A DNA stretch of 64,000 nucleotides. It comes from an uncultured Gammaproteobacteria bacterium. GTDB lineage: Bacteria > Patescibacteriota > Microgenomatia > Levybacterales > UBA12049. The notes below the pieces were generated by a model. It did not search any database. It saw only the letters and a list, made by a program, of their open reading frames with translations, and was not told where the DNA came from. Both the position numbers and the translations under genes were made by a program. This document shows positions 48,881-58,741 of this stretch, piece by piece. Position 1 is the first letter of the stretch; every line of letters begins with the position of its first letter. The stretch lies in assembly GCA_964490105.1 (NCBI GenBank), contig CAZAZU010000001.1:227804-291803 (forward strand), given 5' to 3'.

Positions 48881-50641
48881 GTGACTAATAAAGAAATTGC
48901 GCAGCTTTTTAGAGACGTAGCTGCTTCTTACTCCATAAAAAATGAGGCAAAATTTCGCTTTCAACTTCTTGCGTACCAAAATGCAGCTGATGCCATAGAA
49001 GGCTTATCTACTCAAGTTCATGATTTATATAAAGAAGGGAAACTTGATGATATTCCTGGCATTGGAAAAACTCTCAAAGAGAGACTTGAGGAACTTCTTG
49101 AAACGGGGAAAGTAAAACATTTCGAAGAAGTAATGAGGGGAATCCCAGAACCGGTTTTTTTACTAATGAAAGTGCCATCAATTGGTCCAAAGAAAGCATA
49201 TAGACTCGCGACAGAATTTAAGCTAAACAAAAACGAGACTGCTATTGATGATTTAAAGAAAGTTGGAGAAAAAGGAGAAATCGCCAAGCTGGAGGGTTTT
49301 GGAGAAAAATCCCAGTCAGATATTTTGAGGGCACTTGAGGAATACAAAAAAGGTTTTGGTAAAACTACCAAGATGCTTCTTCCCTATGCCGGAGAAATTG
49401 CCTCTGACATGCTTGATTACTTAAAGAGAGATAAAAATGTAAAAGAAGCACTACCATTAGGTTCCTTAAGACGCAGAAAACCTTTAGTGGGAGATATTGA
49501 TATCGCAGTTGTTAGTAACGATCCCGCAAAAACAATTGAGCATTTCACGAAATACCCTAGATCCAGCCGAATAATTGAAAGAGGACCTTCAGGGTCTTCC
49601 CTTCTTACAACTGGAGGCGCACAAATAGATCTTTTAGTTTTAGAACCAGTTCAATGGGGTTCACTCTTGCAGCATTTTACCGGCAGCAAAGATCACAACG
49701 TTCATCTTAGAGAACTAGCTCTTAAAAAGGGGCTTTCTCTAAATGAAAAAGGAATAAAAAATGTAAAAACAGAAAAAGTTAAAAAATTTTCCAAGGAAGA
49801 AGATTTTTACGAAGAATTAGGGATGGACTGGATTCCGCCTGAAATGCGAGAAGACTCTGGAGAAATTGAATTAGCTCTTGCACATAAATTACCAAAAATA
49901 ATTGACGTTAAAGACATAAAAGGAGATTTTCATCTTCATTCAAGTTTTCCAGTTGAACAGTCTCATGATCAAGGACAAAGCTCGATCGAAGAAATGACGC
50001 AAATGGCAAAAGACCTAGGCTACGAATATCTAGGTTTTTCCGAGCATAATCCTAGTCAATCAAAACATACTAAAGCGCAAATCGTATCTCTCCTAAAGAA
50101 AAGAAATGACGAAATAGACAGAGTTTCCAAAAAATTAAAACTTCCTATTTTTAAATTAATGGAAACAGATATTTTGCCCGACGGGTCTCTTGCGCTTCCA
50201 GATGAAGCTCTTGATGAATTAGATGGTTCAATTGTTTCAATTCACAGTGTTTTTAAAATGGATAAAGATCAGATGACTAAAAGAATCATAAAAGGGCTTT
50301 CACATCCAAAAGCTAAGATTCTTGCCCACCCCACAGGAAGACTGCTTAATGAGAGGAACGGTTACGAAGTAGATTTTGAAACATTATTCAAATTTTGCCG
50401 AGAAAATAATAAAGCTTTAGAAATTAATGCATATCCAAATAGATTGGACCTTGAAGGACCAGTTATCAGAATGGCAATTGAGGTTGGGGTCAAATTAACC
50501 ATAGACACTGACTCTCATGAAAAATCTCAAATGATGCTCATGCCTTATGGCGTATTTCAGGCTAGACGAGGATGGGCTAAAAAATCTGACATAATCAATT
50601 GCCAAAAACCAGAAGTTGTTGTAGAATGGTTTAAGTCATGA
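48881..50641 (+). CDS. polX: DNA polymerase X / PHP 3'-5' exonuclease
   Basis: GTG start (MTNKEIA); PGIGK, GSLRR...GDID, HFTGSK.HN, PHP HLHS...HPTGR...TDSH. Confidence 0.95.
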   Translation: MTNKEIAQLFRDVAASYSIKNEAKFRFQLLAYQNAADAIEGLSTQVHDLYKEGKLDDIPGIGKTLKERLEELLETGKVKHFEEVMRGIPEPVFLLMKVPSIGPKKAYRLATEFKLNKNETAIDDLKKVGEKGEIAKLEGFGEKSQSDILRALEEYKKGFGKTTKMLLPYAGEIASDMLDYLKRDKNVKEALPLGSLRRRKPLVGDIDIAVVSNDPAKTIEHFTKYPRSSRIIERGPSGSSLLTTGGAQIDLLVLEPVQWGSLLQHFTGSKDHNVHLRELALKKGLSLNEKGIKNVKTEKVKKFSKEEDFYEELGMDWIPPEMREDSGEIELALAHKLPKIIDVKDIKGDFHLHSSFPVEQSHDQGQSSIEEMTQMAKDLGYEYLGFSEHNPSQSKHTKAQIVSLLKKRNDEIDRVSKKLKLPIFKLMETDILPDGSLALPDEALDELDGSIVSIHSVFKMDKDQMTKRIIKGLSHPKAKILAHPTGRLLNERNGYEVDFETLFKFCRENNKALEINAYPNRLDLEGPVIRMAIEVGVKLTIDTDSHEKSQMMLMPYGVFQARRGWAKKSDIINCQKPEVVVEWFKS

Positions 50642-51189
50642 ATATAACAATAATTATCGCAGTAGTAATCGGAGCACTAGTTCTATTCGGTTTATACCTA
50701 TATAACTCTTTAATTGCTGCAAAACTCAGAGTTAATGAAGCTTTCTCCCAGATCGACGTTCAATTAAAAAGACGCACTGATCTTATTCCAAATCTTATCG
50801 AAACTGTTAAGGGATATGCTAAGCAGGAAAAAGACGTATTTACAAAAGTAACAGAGCTTAGATCTGACCTCATGAATGCAAAGACACCGGAGAAAAAAGC
50901 AGAAGCCAATAACATGCTTACTGATGCCCTTAAATCAGTATTTGCTGTTGCTGAGGCATACCCACAACTTAGATCAAGTGAAAACTTTAAAGCTCTCCAG
51001 GATGAACTTTCAGATACAGAAAATAAAATTGCATACTCAAGACAATTTTACAATTCAAATGTTTTGGACTACAACACAAAACTTCAAATCTTTCCAAACG
51101 TACTTTTTGCTAAAATCCTAAACTTCAAACCAGCAGAGTTCTTCGGAGCAACTGAAGAAGAGAAAAAAAACGTAAAAGTAAGCTTCTAA
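50638..51189 (+). CDS. lemA: LemA family protein
   Basis: YNSL, IDVQLKRR.DLIPNL, AEAYP.L, R.FYN. Confidence 0.95.
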   Translation: MNITIIIAVVIGALVLFGLYLYNSLIAAKLRVNEAFSQIDVQLKRRTDLIPNLIETVKGYAKQEKDVFTKVTELRSDLMNAKTPEKKAEANNMLTDALKSVFAVAEAYPQLRSSENFKALQDELSDTENKIAYSRQFYNSNVLDYNTKLQIFPNVLFAKILNFKPAEFFGATEEEKKNVKVSF

Positions 51190-51193
51190 TTCT

Positions 51194-52081
51194 ATGAACA
51201 TCTACGGTGCTATTTCAGCAAACAAGTGGAAAACTTGGATAATCATGAGTTTATTTGTGGTTTTTATTGCCACATTAGTCTACGTCATGAGTAAGGCATT
51301 TGGGCTTGATGCACTTTCAATCACAGGAATTTCCTTGGTACTTGCTGGATTTATGAGCATTGGAAGTTTTTATTATTCTGACAAGCTCGTTATTGCTACA
51401 TCCGGAGCTAAGCTTATCAAAAAAGAGGAATATCCTAAGTTTTACAGAACAGTCGAAAATCTTGCAATCGGCGCTGGCCTTCCACTTCCTAAAATTTACG
51501 TAATTAATGATGCTTCTCCGAATGCATTTGCGACTGGACGTGACCCAAAACATGCAGTTGTAGCAGCTAGTACAGGCCTCTTAGACATAATGACTGATGC
51601 AGAATTAGAAGGCGTAATTGCCCACGAGCTTTCCCACATTAAAAATTATGATATAAGACTCGCCGGAGTTATCGCAGTGCTTGTAGGATTTGTAGCTATT
51701 CTTTCAGATTTATTTATCAGAATGACTTTCTTTAGAGATTCGGATAATAATAAAGGTAACGCAATATTTCTCGTTATCGCGATTGTTCTTGCAATTCTCT
51801 CTCCAATCGCAGCCTCTTTAATTCACTTAGCAGTCTCCCGAAAAAGAGAATTATTAGCTGATGCATCAGGAGTACTTTTAACAAGATACCCCGAAGGATT
51901 AGCCTCAGCATTAGAAAAACTGAAAAACGACCATACTCCTCCAAAAGCAGCAAGCAATGCTACTGCGCATTTATTTATAGAAAATCCTTTTGATAATAAA
52001 AAAGTTAAAAATATGTTTACGGGACTTTTTAACACCCATCCCCCACTCGAAGAACGCATCAAAATCCTCCGCTCAATGTAG
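51194..52081 (+). CDS. htpX: Zinc metalloprotease HtpX (M48)
   Basis: PNAFATGR, AHELSH, SR.RE..AD, THPP..ERI. Confidence 0.95.
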   Translation: MNIYGAISANKWKTWIIMSLFVVFIATLVYVMSKAFGLDALSITGISLVLAGFMSIGSFYYSDKLVIATSGAKLIKKEEYPKFYRTVENLAIGAGLPLPKIYVINDASPNAFATGRDPKHAVVAASTGLLDIMTDAELEGVIAHELSHIKNYDIRLAGVIAVLVGFVAILSDLFIRMTFFRDSDNNKGNAIFLVIAIVLAILSPIAASLIHLAVSRKRELLADASGVLLTRYPEGLASALEKLKNDHTPPKAASNATAHLFIENPFDNKKVKNMFTGLFNTHPPLEERIKILRSM

Positions 52082-52117
52082 TTATCATTTCTTTCAGATG
52101 ATAGAATAAATCTATCA

Positions 52118-53398
52118 ATGAACTTTTTGCTTATTTTTTTTGGTAAAACTTTTATTTATTTGAGCCGTCTTTTTAATCTTGGGAATGGATCCACATGGCC
52201 AGGTCATATCGCTTTAAAACTAAATCCAAATTTTATAAAACAGGTTTTATCTAAATCTAAAATTAAAATTGTAATAATTGCTGGAACTAACGGCAAAACC
52301 ACCACCGGAACTTTGATCTCACACGTTTTTACTTCTGCTAATAAATCTGTCATTCATAATGCCAGCGGAGCAAATTTACTAAATGGTCTGGCTTCTACTC
52401 TAATTAACAATTCAACTGGAGTTAAACTCACCCAGGATTATTTAATTTTTGAGTGCGACGAAAACGCACTCCCTGAAATTATCAAACACACAAATCCCGA
52501 CTATGTTATTTGCCTAAATCTTTTCCGAGATCAATTAGACAGATATGGCGAGATTAATTCTATTACTAAGAGATGGTCTGAATCATTCAAAAATTTAAAC
52601 TCAAAGACTACACTTATTTTAAATTCAGACGATCCTCAAATTTCTTATCTTGGCAAAAATACAAAAGCACACATAAAATACTTTGGATTAGAAAAAACCC
52701 ATTCGACAAACACAGGGCCAGCACATGGCGCTGATTCAATTTTTTGCCCAAAGTGCTCTGAAAGACTTGATTTTGAAAAAGTATTTTTTTCCCATCTTGG
52801 GATCTGGAAATGTCCGAAATGCCATTTAAAACGCACTATTCCAGATTTAAACGAATCAAAGGTGTATCCGCTACCCGGGACTTACAATAAATACAATACA
52901 ATTGCTTCTTCCCTGCTTCTCAAGCAAGAAGATGTCTCAAACCAGATAATCGAAGACGCATTTAATAGATTTTCTCCGGCTTTCGGAAGAGGAGAAAAAG
53001 TAGTTTACAAGGGAAAACATATTCAAATATTTTTATCGAAAAATCCAACTAGTTTTAATGAATCTTTGTCTACAATTAAAACACTAGGAGGAAAAGATCT
53101 TGTAATTCTTTTAAATGACAGGATCCCTGACGGACTTGATGTAAGCTGGATTTGGGATGTTAACTTTGAAGAAATCTTAGAAAAAGAAATGAACATAGGA
53201 GTCTCGGGAGACAGAACCTATGATATGGCAATCCGCCTTAAATACGCTGGATTCTTCGCTCACCATAATGAAAATCCCGAGACTATTATTAATACGATGT
53301 TAGATTCACTTGAATCAGATGAAATATTATATATTTTACCTAACTACTCAGCAATGCTAGAGATCAGAAAACTATTAACTGGTAAAAAAATCTTATGA
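52118..53398 (+). CDS. murT: MurT-like Mur ligase (lipid II isoglutaminyl synthase subunit)
   Basis: GTNGKTTT, GANL..G, NLFRDQLDRYGE, C4 Zn finger, KNP, D.SWIWD, YSAM. Confidence 0.92.
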   Translation: MNFLLIFFGKTFIYLSRLFNLGNGSTWPGHIALKLNPNFIKQVLSKSKIKIVIIAGTNGKTTTGTLISHVFTSANKSVIHNASGANLLNGLASTLINNSTGVKLTQDYLIFECDENALPEIIKHTNPDYVICLNLFRDQLDRYGEINSITKRWSESFKNLNSKTTLILNSDDPQISYLGKNTKAHIKYFGLEKTHSTNTGPAHGADSIFCPKCSERLDFEKVFFSHLGIWKCPKCHLKRTIPDLNESKVYPLPGTYNKYNTIASSLLLKQEDVSNQIIEDAFNRFSPAFGRGEKVVYKGKHIQIFLSKNPTSFNESLSTIKTLGGKDLVILLNDRIPDGLDVSWIWDVNFEEILEKEMNIGVSGDRTYDMAIRLKYAGFFAHHNENPETIINTMLDSLESDEILYILPNYSAMLEIRKLLTGKKIL

Positions 53399-54126
53399 AG
53401 CAAAAACTAATTATCGGCTGGCTGTATCCGCAGCTTATGAATATCTACGGAGACCGAGGCAACATAATTACTTTAGTCAAACGTACCGAGTGGCGCGGAA
53501 TAAAGACGGAGGTTAAAAGCTTAAACCCTGGATTCTCTGACACAGAGTTAAAGTCCTGTGATTTACTCGTTATGGGCGGCGCTCAAGACAAACAGCAAGA
53601 AATAGTAAATGAAGACTTAAGGCTTCATCATAAAACGCTTTCGGAAATGATAGACAACAACACTCCTGGTCTATTTGTATGCGGAGGATTTCAATTCTTA
53701 GGAAATTATTATAAAGAGGCAGATGGGTCCATAATTGACGGCTTAGGAATCTTTGACTTAAATACCCAAAACCCTGGTGAGAGTGAAAAAAGACTAATTG
53801 GGAACATCGCAATTACGCCAAATATCGAGGGGTTAAGTAAACCTATTGTGGGGTTTGAGAACCATGGAGGAAGGACTATTCTTGGAGCAAATGTTAAACC
53901 CTTAGGCTCAGTCATTAAAGGCCATGGAAACAATGATGATGGTACAGAAGGCGCTATTTACAAGAATAGTTTTGGGACATACCTCCACGGCCCGATTTTT
54001 CCTAAAAATCCTCATTTTGCAGATCATCTTCTAAAACTTGCTCTTGAAACAAACGATCTGGACCCGCTCGATGATAAATTGGAACTTCAGGCCCACTCTA
54101 ATATCCTAAAACTTCTTGGTGTCTGA
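53395..54126 (+). CDS. gatD: GatD-like glutamine amidotransferase (CobQ-like)
   Basis: LYP..MN.YGDRGN, GG.QD, VCGG.Q, GFENH.G, YLHGP..PKNP. Confidence 0.92.
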   Translation: MKQKLIIGWLYPQLMNIYGDRGNIITLVKRTEWRGIKTEVKSLNPGFSDTELKSCDLLVMGGAQDKQQEIVNEDLRLHHKTLSEMIDNNTPGLFVCGGFQFLGNYYKEADGSIIDGLGIFDLNTQNPGESEKRLIGNIAITPNIEGLSKPIVGFENHGGRTILGANVKPLGSVIKGHGNNDDGTEGAIYKNSFGTYLHGPIFPKNPHFADHLLKLALETNDLDPLDDKLELQAHSNILKLLGV

Positions 54127-54202
54127 TATATCGATGTATCGATATATGATGCGATAAATGCATTTGTTGAATAGAGAAGACTCTTAGAATATAATTATCC
54201 TC

Positions 54203-54487
54203 ATGAAGTTTGATATCGCTCATGTTGCAAAACTCGCAAATCTATCGTTAACCGACGAGGAAAAAAGTAAATTCGAAAAACAACTTGAAGAAACTGTTGA
54301 CTACATCGAAGGCTTAAGCGAAGTCGATACACAAGGTGTAGAACCAATCTCTCAGGTTACAGGACTTGAGAATATTACCCGTGAAGATGAAGTCACGCCC
54401 TCCTTATCCCAGGAAGAAGCACTAAAAAATGCAAAATCAACTCACAAAGGCTACTTTAAGGTGAAGGGAATTTTAAACAGTGAATAA
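54203..54487 (+). CDS. gatC: Asp/Glu-tRNA amidotransferase subunit C
   Basis: HVAKLA.L, L.EVDT..VEP, RED, L.NA, YFKV. Confidence 0.93.
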   Translation: MKFDIAHVAKLANLSLTDEEKSKFEKQLEETVDYIEGLSEVDTQGVEPISQVTGLENITREDEVTPSLSQEEALKNAKSTHKGYFKVKGILNSE

Positions 54488-55088
54488 CCCTGCAACCTTT
54501 TACATAGTCAGACATTCTGAAACTGACTGGAACGTAAAGCATTTAATGCAGGGTCATTCAGACTCTCAACTTACATCAAAAGGGGTTAAAGATTCAGAGA
54601 AATTGGCAAAAAAATTAAAACCCATAAAATTTGATCTGATATTTTCTTCTGATCTATCGAGAGCAAGGCGAACCGCTGAAGCAATCTCATTAGATAGAGA
54701 TATTGCGATAAAAACAACAGAACTCATTAGAGAAAGAAGATATGGTGAATTTGAGGGTAAACATAATTCAGAATACGAAGTCGTAAATGAAGCGCTTGAT
54801 AAATTGTCAGAAGAACAGAGATATACCTACAAACATTCGCCAGGAATAGAAAGCGATGAAGAAGTTGTAACTAGATTTTTAACTTTTATTCGAGAGGTTG
54901 CCGTCGCTAATCCGGGCAAGACTATTCTGGCCGTAAGTCATGGCGGTATAATGCGTGCTTTTATGAAAAAACTTGGATTAAAAAATACTATCCGAGGAGG
55001 AGTTCGAAACAACGCTTATATAAAACTTGAAACAGACGGTGTAGAATTTGAAATTAAAGAAACTAGCGGAATTACATTCTCAGATTAA
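54480..55088 (+). CDS. Histidine phosphatase family protein
   Basis: RHSET.WN...QG, SSDL.RA..TA, RE..YG.FEG, VSHGG. Confidence 0.92.
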   Translation: MNNPATFYIVRHSETDWNVKHLMQGHSDSQLTSKGVKDSEKLAKKLKPIKFDLIFSSDLSRARRTAEAISLDRDIAIKTTELIRERRYGEFEGKHNSEYEVVNEALDKLSEEQRYTYKHSPGIESDEEVVTRFLTFIREVAVANPGKTILAVSHGGIMRAFMKKLGLKNTIRGGVRNNAYIKLETDGVEFEIKETSGITFSD

Positions 55089-55089
55089 T

Positions 55090-56520
55090 ATGTTAAATAA
55101 ATTAAATCTAAAACAAGCTAGAGAAGGTCTAAAAAATAAAGATTTTTCTTCGGTTGAAATTACAAAAGCATGTCTAGACAGAATCAAGGCTACTGATGAT
55201 AAATTAAATGTATTTGTAACATTAACAGAAAATGAAGCATTAAAAAGTGCAGGAGAAGCAGATAAATTATTAGCCTCACAAGGGGACGCCTTGCAAGACT
55301 ATCCCCTCCTGGGGATTCCTATCGCTGTCAAAGATAATTTTTCCACACTTGGAATCAAAACTACAGCTTCGGCAAAAGTGTTAGAGAGCTATATTCCCCC
55401 ATTTGATTCAACAGTTGTAAAAAAATTAAAAGAAGCAGGCATGATAATGCTTGGAAAAACAAATATGGACGCATGGGCTCATGGATCAAGCACTGAAACA
55501 TCTGACTACGGTTCCACAAAAAACCCTTGGAATATTGAACATTTGCCCGGTGGTTCTTCAGGCGGTTCAGCAGCTTCAGTTGCTGCAGATCAATGCATAG
55601 TTTCAATCGGTTCTGAAACTGCGGGTTCGATCAGACAACCGGCTTCCTGGTGCGGAGTAGTAGGCCTTAAACCTACATATGGCAGAGTTAGCAGATATGG
55701 AGTGGCAGCCATGGGGTCAAGTCTTGATTCTCCAGGACCTATTTCGAAAACTGTAGAAGATTCAGCACTAATCTTAGAAATATTAGCAGGTCAAGATAAA
55801 ATGGATGCAACTACTTCCCCAAAAAATGTGCCCGAATATACAAAAAATCTAGAATCAAGCTTTAAGGATCTGGTAATTGGAGTTTCCGATGAATATTTCA
55901 TAGAAGGTCTCGATCCTGAGGTTGAAAAAGCTGTAAAAGAAGCAATAAGTAAACTAGAAAAAATGGGAGCGAAAATTGAGAAAATCAAGCTTTTTGACCC
56001 TAAATATGCAATAGATGTTTACACAATAATTCAGAGATCTGAAGTAAGCTCTAACCTAGCAAGATATGACGGGATTAGATACGGAAATGATAGATCTGCT
56101 TTTGGTGAAGAGGCTAAAAGAAGAATAATGTTTGGAACGCATGCGCTTTCCTCAGGTTATTATGATCAGTATTATAATAAGGCTTCAAAAGTAAGACGTG
56201 TTATCGTAAACGATTTCAAAAAAGCTTTTGAAAAAGTACAAGTAATTATTGCTCCTACTTCCCCATCCCTAGCTCTACCTGTTGGAGCAAGTAAAAATGC
56301 TGCAATGTTTGGAGAACTAGCTGATGTTCTTGTGGAACCGTCTTCAATTGCAGGCCTATCTGGTATAAATATCCCCGTTGGTTTTTCCTCATCCAACCTT
56401 CCTATCGGCATGCAAATCATAGGTCCTCAGTGGGGTGAAGAAAAAGTTATCCAGACTGCTTATAAATATGAGCAAGAAACTCAAGATGAAGAATGGAGAC
56501 AGAAAACTCCAGACTTATGA
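55090..56520 (+). CDS. gatA: Asp/Glu-tRNA amidotransferase subunit A
   Basis: PIAVKDN, GKTNMD, PGGSSGGSAA, GSIRQPA, LARYDG; ATG at 55090. Confidence 0.96.
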   Translation: MLNKLNLKQAREGLKNKDFSSVEITKACLDRIKATDDKLNVFVTLTENEALKSAGEADKLLASQGDALQDYPLLGIPIAVKDNFSTLGIKTTASAKVLESYIPPFDSTVVKKLKEAGMIMLGKTNMDAWAHGSSTETSDYGSTKNPWNIEHLPGGSSGGSAASVAADQCIVSIGSETAGSIRQPASWCGVVGLKPTYGRVSRYGVAAMGSSLDSPGPISKTVEDSALILEILAGQDKMDATTSPKNVPEYTKNLESSFKDLVIGVSDEYFIEGLDPEVEKAVKEAISKLEKMGAKIEKIKLFDPKYAIDVYTIIQRSEVSSNLARYDGIRYGNDRSAFGEEAKRRIMFGTHALSSGYYDQYYNKASKVRRVIVNDFKKAFEKVQVIIAPTSPSLALPVGASKNAAMFGELADVLVEPSSIAGLSGINIPVGFSSSNLPIGMQIIGPQWGEEKVIQTAYKYEQETQDEEWRQKTPDL

Positions 56521-56581
56521 TTTAAGAATTATGAATTATGATTTCATTGAAAATTTAAAATTAAAAATTGTAAATTATGAG
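56515..56581 (+). repeat. Degenerate 7-nt tandem repeats
   Basis: TTATGAT TTAAGAA TTATGAA TTATGAT ... TTGAAAA TTTAAAA TTAAAAA TTGTAAA. Confidence 0.55.
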
Positions 56582-57899
56582 TAAATATACTCCAGTAATT
56601 GGACTTGAAGTACACGTTGAGCTGAAAACAAAATCAAAAATGTTTTGCGGCTGTGATGCTTCTTATTTTGGCAAAGAACCGAATACTCACACTTGCCCGG
56701 TTTGCTTGGGTCTTCCTGGAGCGCTTCCTGTTCCAAATAAAAAGGCGATTGAATGGTGCATAATGATCGGACTCGCACTAAATTGTAAAATCCCTGACTT
56801 TTCTAAGTTTGACCGTAAAAATTATTTCTATCCGGATCTTGCTAAAGGTTATCAGATTTCTCAATATGATCTCCCTTTTGCAGAAAAAGGCTACATAGAG
56901 CTATCAAGTGGCAAAAGAATTGGTATAACACGTGTCCACATGGAAGAAGATACCGGAAAACTGTCCCATGAAACAGTGGACGGAGAAAAAGTGAGCTTAA
57001 TTGATTTCAATCGCTCTGGTGTACCACTCGTGGAAATAGTAACTGAACCAGATTTTGACAATGCAAATGACGTAAAAGAATATCTGCAACGCCTTCAGCA
57101 AATTGTCAGATATTTAGATGTATCTAATGCAGACATGGAGCGGGGAGACATGAGGCTTGAGCCGAATATTTCTCTTAGACGTGAGGGCCAAACTGAGCTA
57201 CCAAACTACAAAGTTGAGGTAAAAAATATTAATTCGTTTAATTTTGTCGGAAAAGCCATAGAATTTGAGATTAAAAGACATACGGAAATTCTGGATAAAG
57301 GAGAGACCCCTGCACAGGAAACCCGCGGATTTGTGGAGAGCTCAAGCTCCACCGTATCTCAAAGATCTAAAGAAGACGCTAAGGACTATAGATATTTCCC
57401 AGAGCCCGACATTCCCCCATTTAGATTTAGTGAGGAATATATCGAAAGCATAGAATGCCAAATTCCTGAACTGCCTCATGTAAAAATTAAAAGATTTATA
57501 GATACTTATGCGCTATCTGATTACGATGCAGAAATTCTGACAAGAGATAGATTTACCGCAGAGTTTTTTGACAAAGCTTCAAATCTCGCCCAGGAGCAAG
57601 ACGTGAAAAGAAAAGATCTGGCAAATTACATTATTAATAAAAAACCAGATCTCTCAAAATTAACCCCAGAAGAATTAGTAAAAGCAGTCGCGACATCAAA
57701 CCAAGTAGCAGACGTGGATGAAGCTAAATTAGATGAAATAATAGATAAAGTCCTAAAGGAGCAAGCTAAAGCAGTTACAGACTTCAAAAGTGGCAAAGAA
57801 ACCGTTATAATGTTCTTAGTTGGCCAAGTTATGCGCCAATTCCCTGAAAAAATTGATGCAGGGAAAGTTAAGGCGAGTTTACTCGCGAAATTAAAATAA
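56577..57899 (+). CDS. gatB: Asp/Glu-tRNA amidotransferase subunit B
   Basis: IGLEVHVEL, FDRKNYFYPDL, HMEED.GK, DYRYFPEPD. Confidence 0.97.
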   Translation: MSKYTPVIGLEVHVELKTKSKMFCGCDASYFGKEPNTHTCPVCLGLPGALPVPNKKAIEWCIMIGLALNCKIPDFSKFDRKNYFYPDLAKGYQISQYDLPFAEKGYIELSSGKRIGITRVHMEEDTGKLSHETVDGEKVSLIDFNRSGVPLVEIVTEPDFDNANDVKEYLQRLQQIVRYLDVSNADMERGDMRLEPNISLRREGQTELPNYKVEVKNINSFNFVGKAIEFEIKRHTEILDKGETPAQETRGFVESSSSTVSQRSKEDAKDYRYFPEPDIPPFRFSEEYIESIECQIPELPHVKIKRFIDTYALSDYDAEILTRDRFTAEFFDKASNLAQEQDVKRKDLANYIINKKPDLSKLTPEELVKAVATSNQVADVDEAKLDEIIDKVLKEQAKAVTDFKSGKETVIMFLVGQVMRQFPEKIDAGKVKASLLAKLK

Positions 57900-57900
57900 T

Positions 57901-58740
57901 ATGCCAGATGGAAATAGCACACCAATAGATGCTTTAAAACCAAGCGAATCACAAACTGCAACTCCTTTATCTCCAAGCACTAGCAAAAGATCCATAAGTT
58001 ATTGGAAAAGCCAGATAAATCAAAGAATAGCATCAAATATCATGACCTCGATGAGATTTGGGACGGATGCAACAGCAAGAGTACCAAGAGATATGAGGCA
58101 TAGTGCAGTAAAAGAACTTAAACTTGAACAAAAAGTTCTTATTAACTCTGGAACTGAGCTAATGAACAAAGAACCTTACCAAAATGAGCGAAGAAGGATG
58201 CTAGGAGCAATAGACCGTGATATTTCTACTCCAACCGTCGAAGGAATCCATTTAGATATTGATAATTTTGGAATATTTAATAAACAGTTTGGTGACACTA
58301 TAGGAGACGAAGTACTATTAAATGTCGGTAGAACAATAAACTCCACGAAAAGAGAGACTGATATTGCGGGAAGGGTTGGCGGAGAAGAAATAGATATTAC
58401 GGCTCCTCAAACCGTAAGCCCTACTAGACCACAACCGGAAGAGCCTGTACTTTTAGCAGAAAAAATCAGATTGGCAATAAAACAAGCTAAATCACCATCA
58501 GGCAAACAAGTTACTGTCAGCATAGGCACAACTAAATATATAAGAGGCGAAGGAGAAACATCATACCGCACTAGACTTGAGACTGCTCAAATTGCAGCTA
58601 AAAGATTTGGCAAAGATAGAGTTGTAGAGGCAACTGTTGATGATCAAGGAGATGTATATAGAGATGTTTCTACAAATATTAGATATAGAGCTGAATATGA
58701 TCAGGAAGGAAAAATATTAGGATTTACCCCAATTAAATAA
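57901..58740 (+). CDS. GGDEF-domain protein (diguanylate cyclase-like)
   Basis: DIDNF..FN..FG..IGD..L, RETD I-site, R.GGEEI, VTVSIG, AK..GK. Confidence 0.85.
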   Translation: MPDGNSTPIDALKPSESQTATPLSPSTSKRSISYWKSQINQRIASNIMTSMRFGTDATARVPRDMRHSAVKELKLEQKVLINSGTELMNKEPYQNERRRMLGAIDRDISTPTVEGIHLDIDNFGIFNKQFGDTIGDEVLLNVGRTINSTKRETDIAGRVGGEEIDITAPQTVSPTRPQPEEPVLLAEKIRLAIKQAKSPSGKQVTVSIGTTKYIRGEGETSYRTRLETAQIAAKRFGKDRVVEATVDDQGDVYRDVSTNIRYRAEYDQEGKILGFTPIK

Positions 58741-58741
58741 C

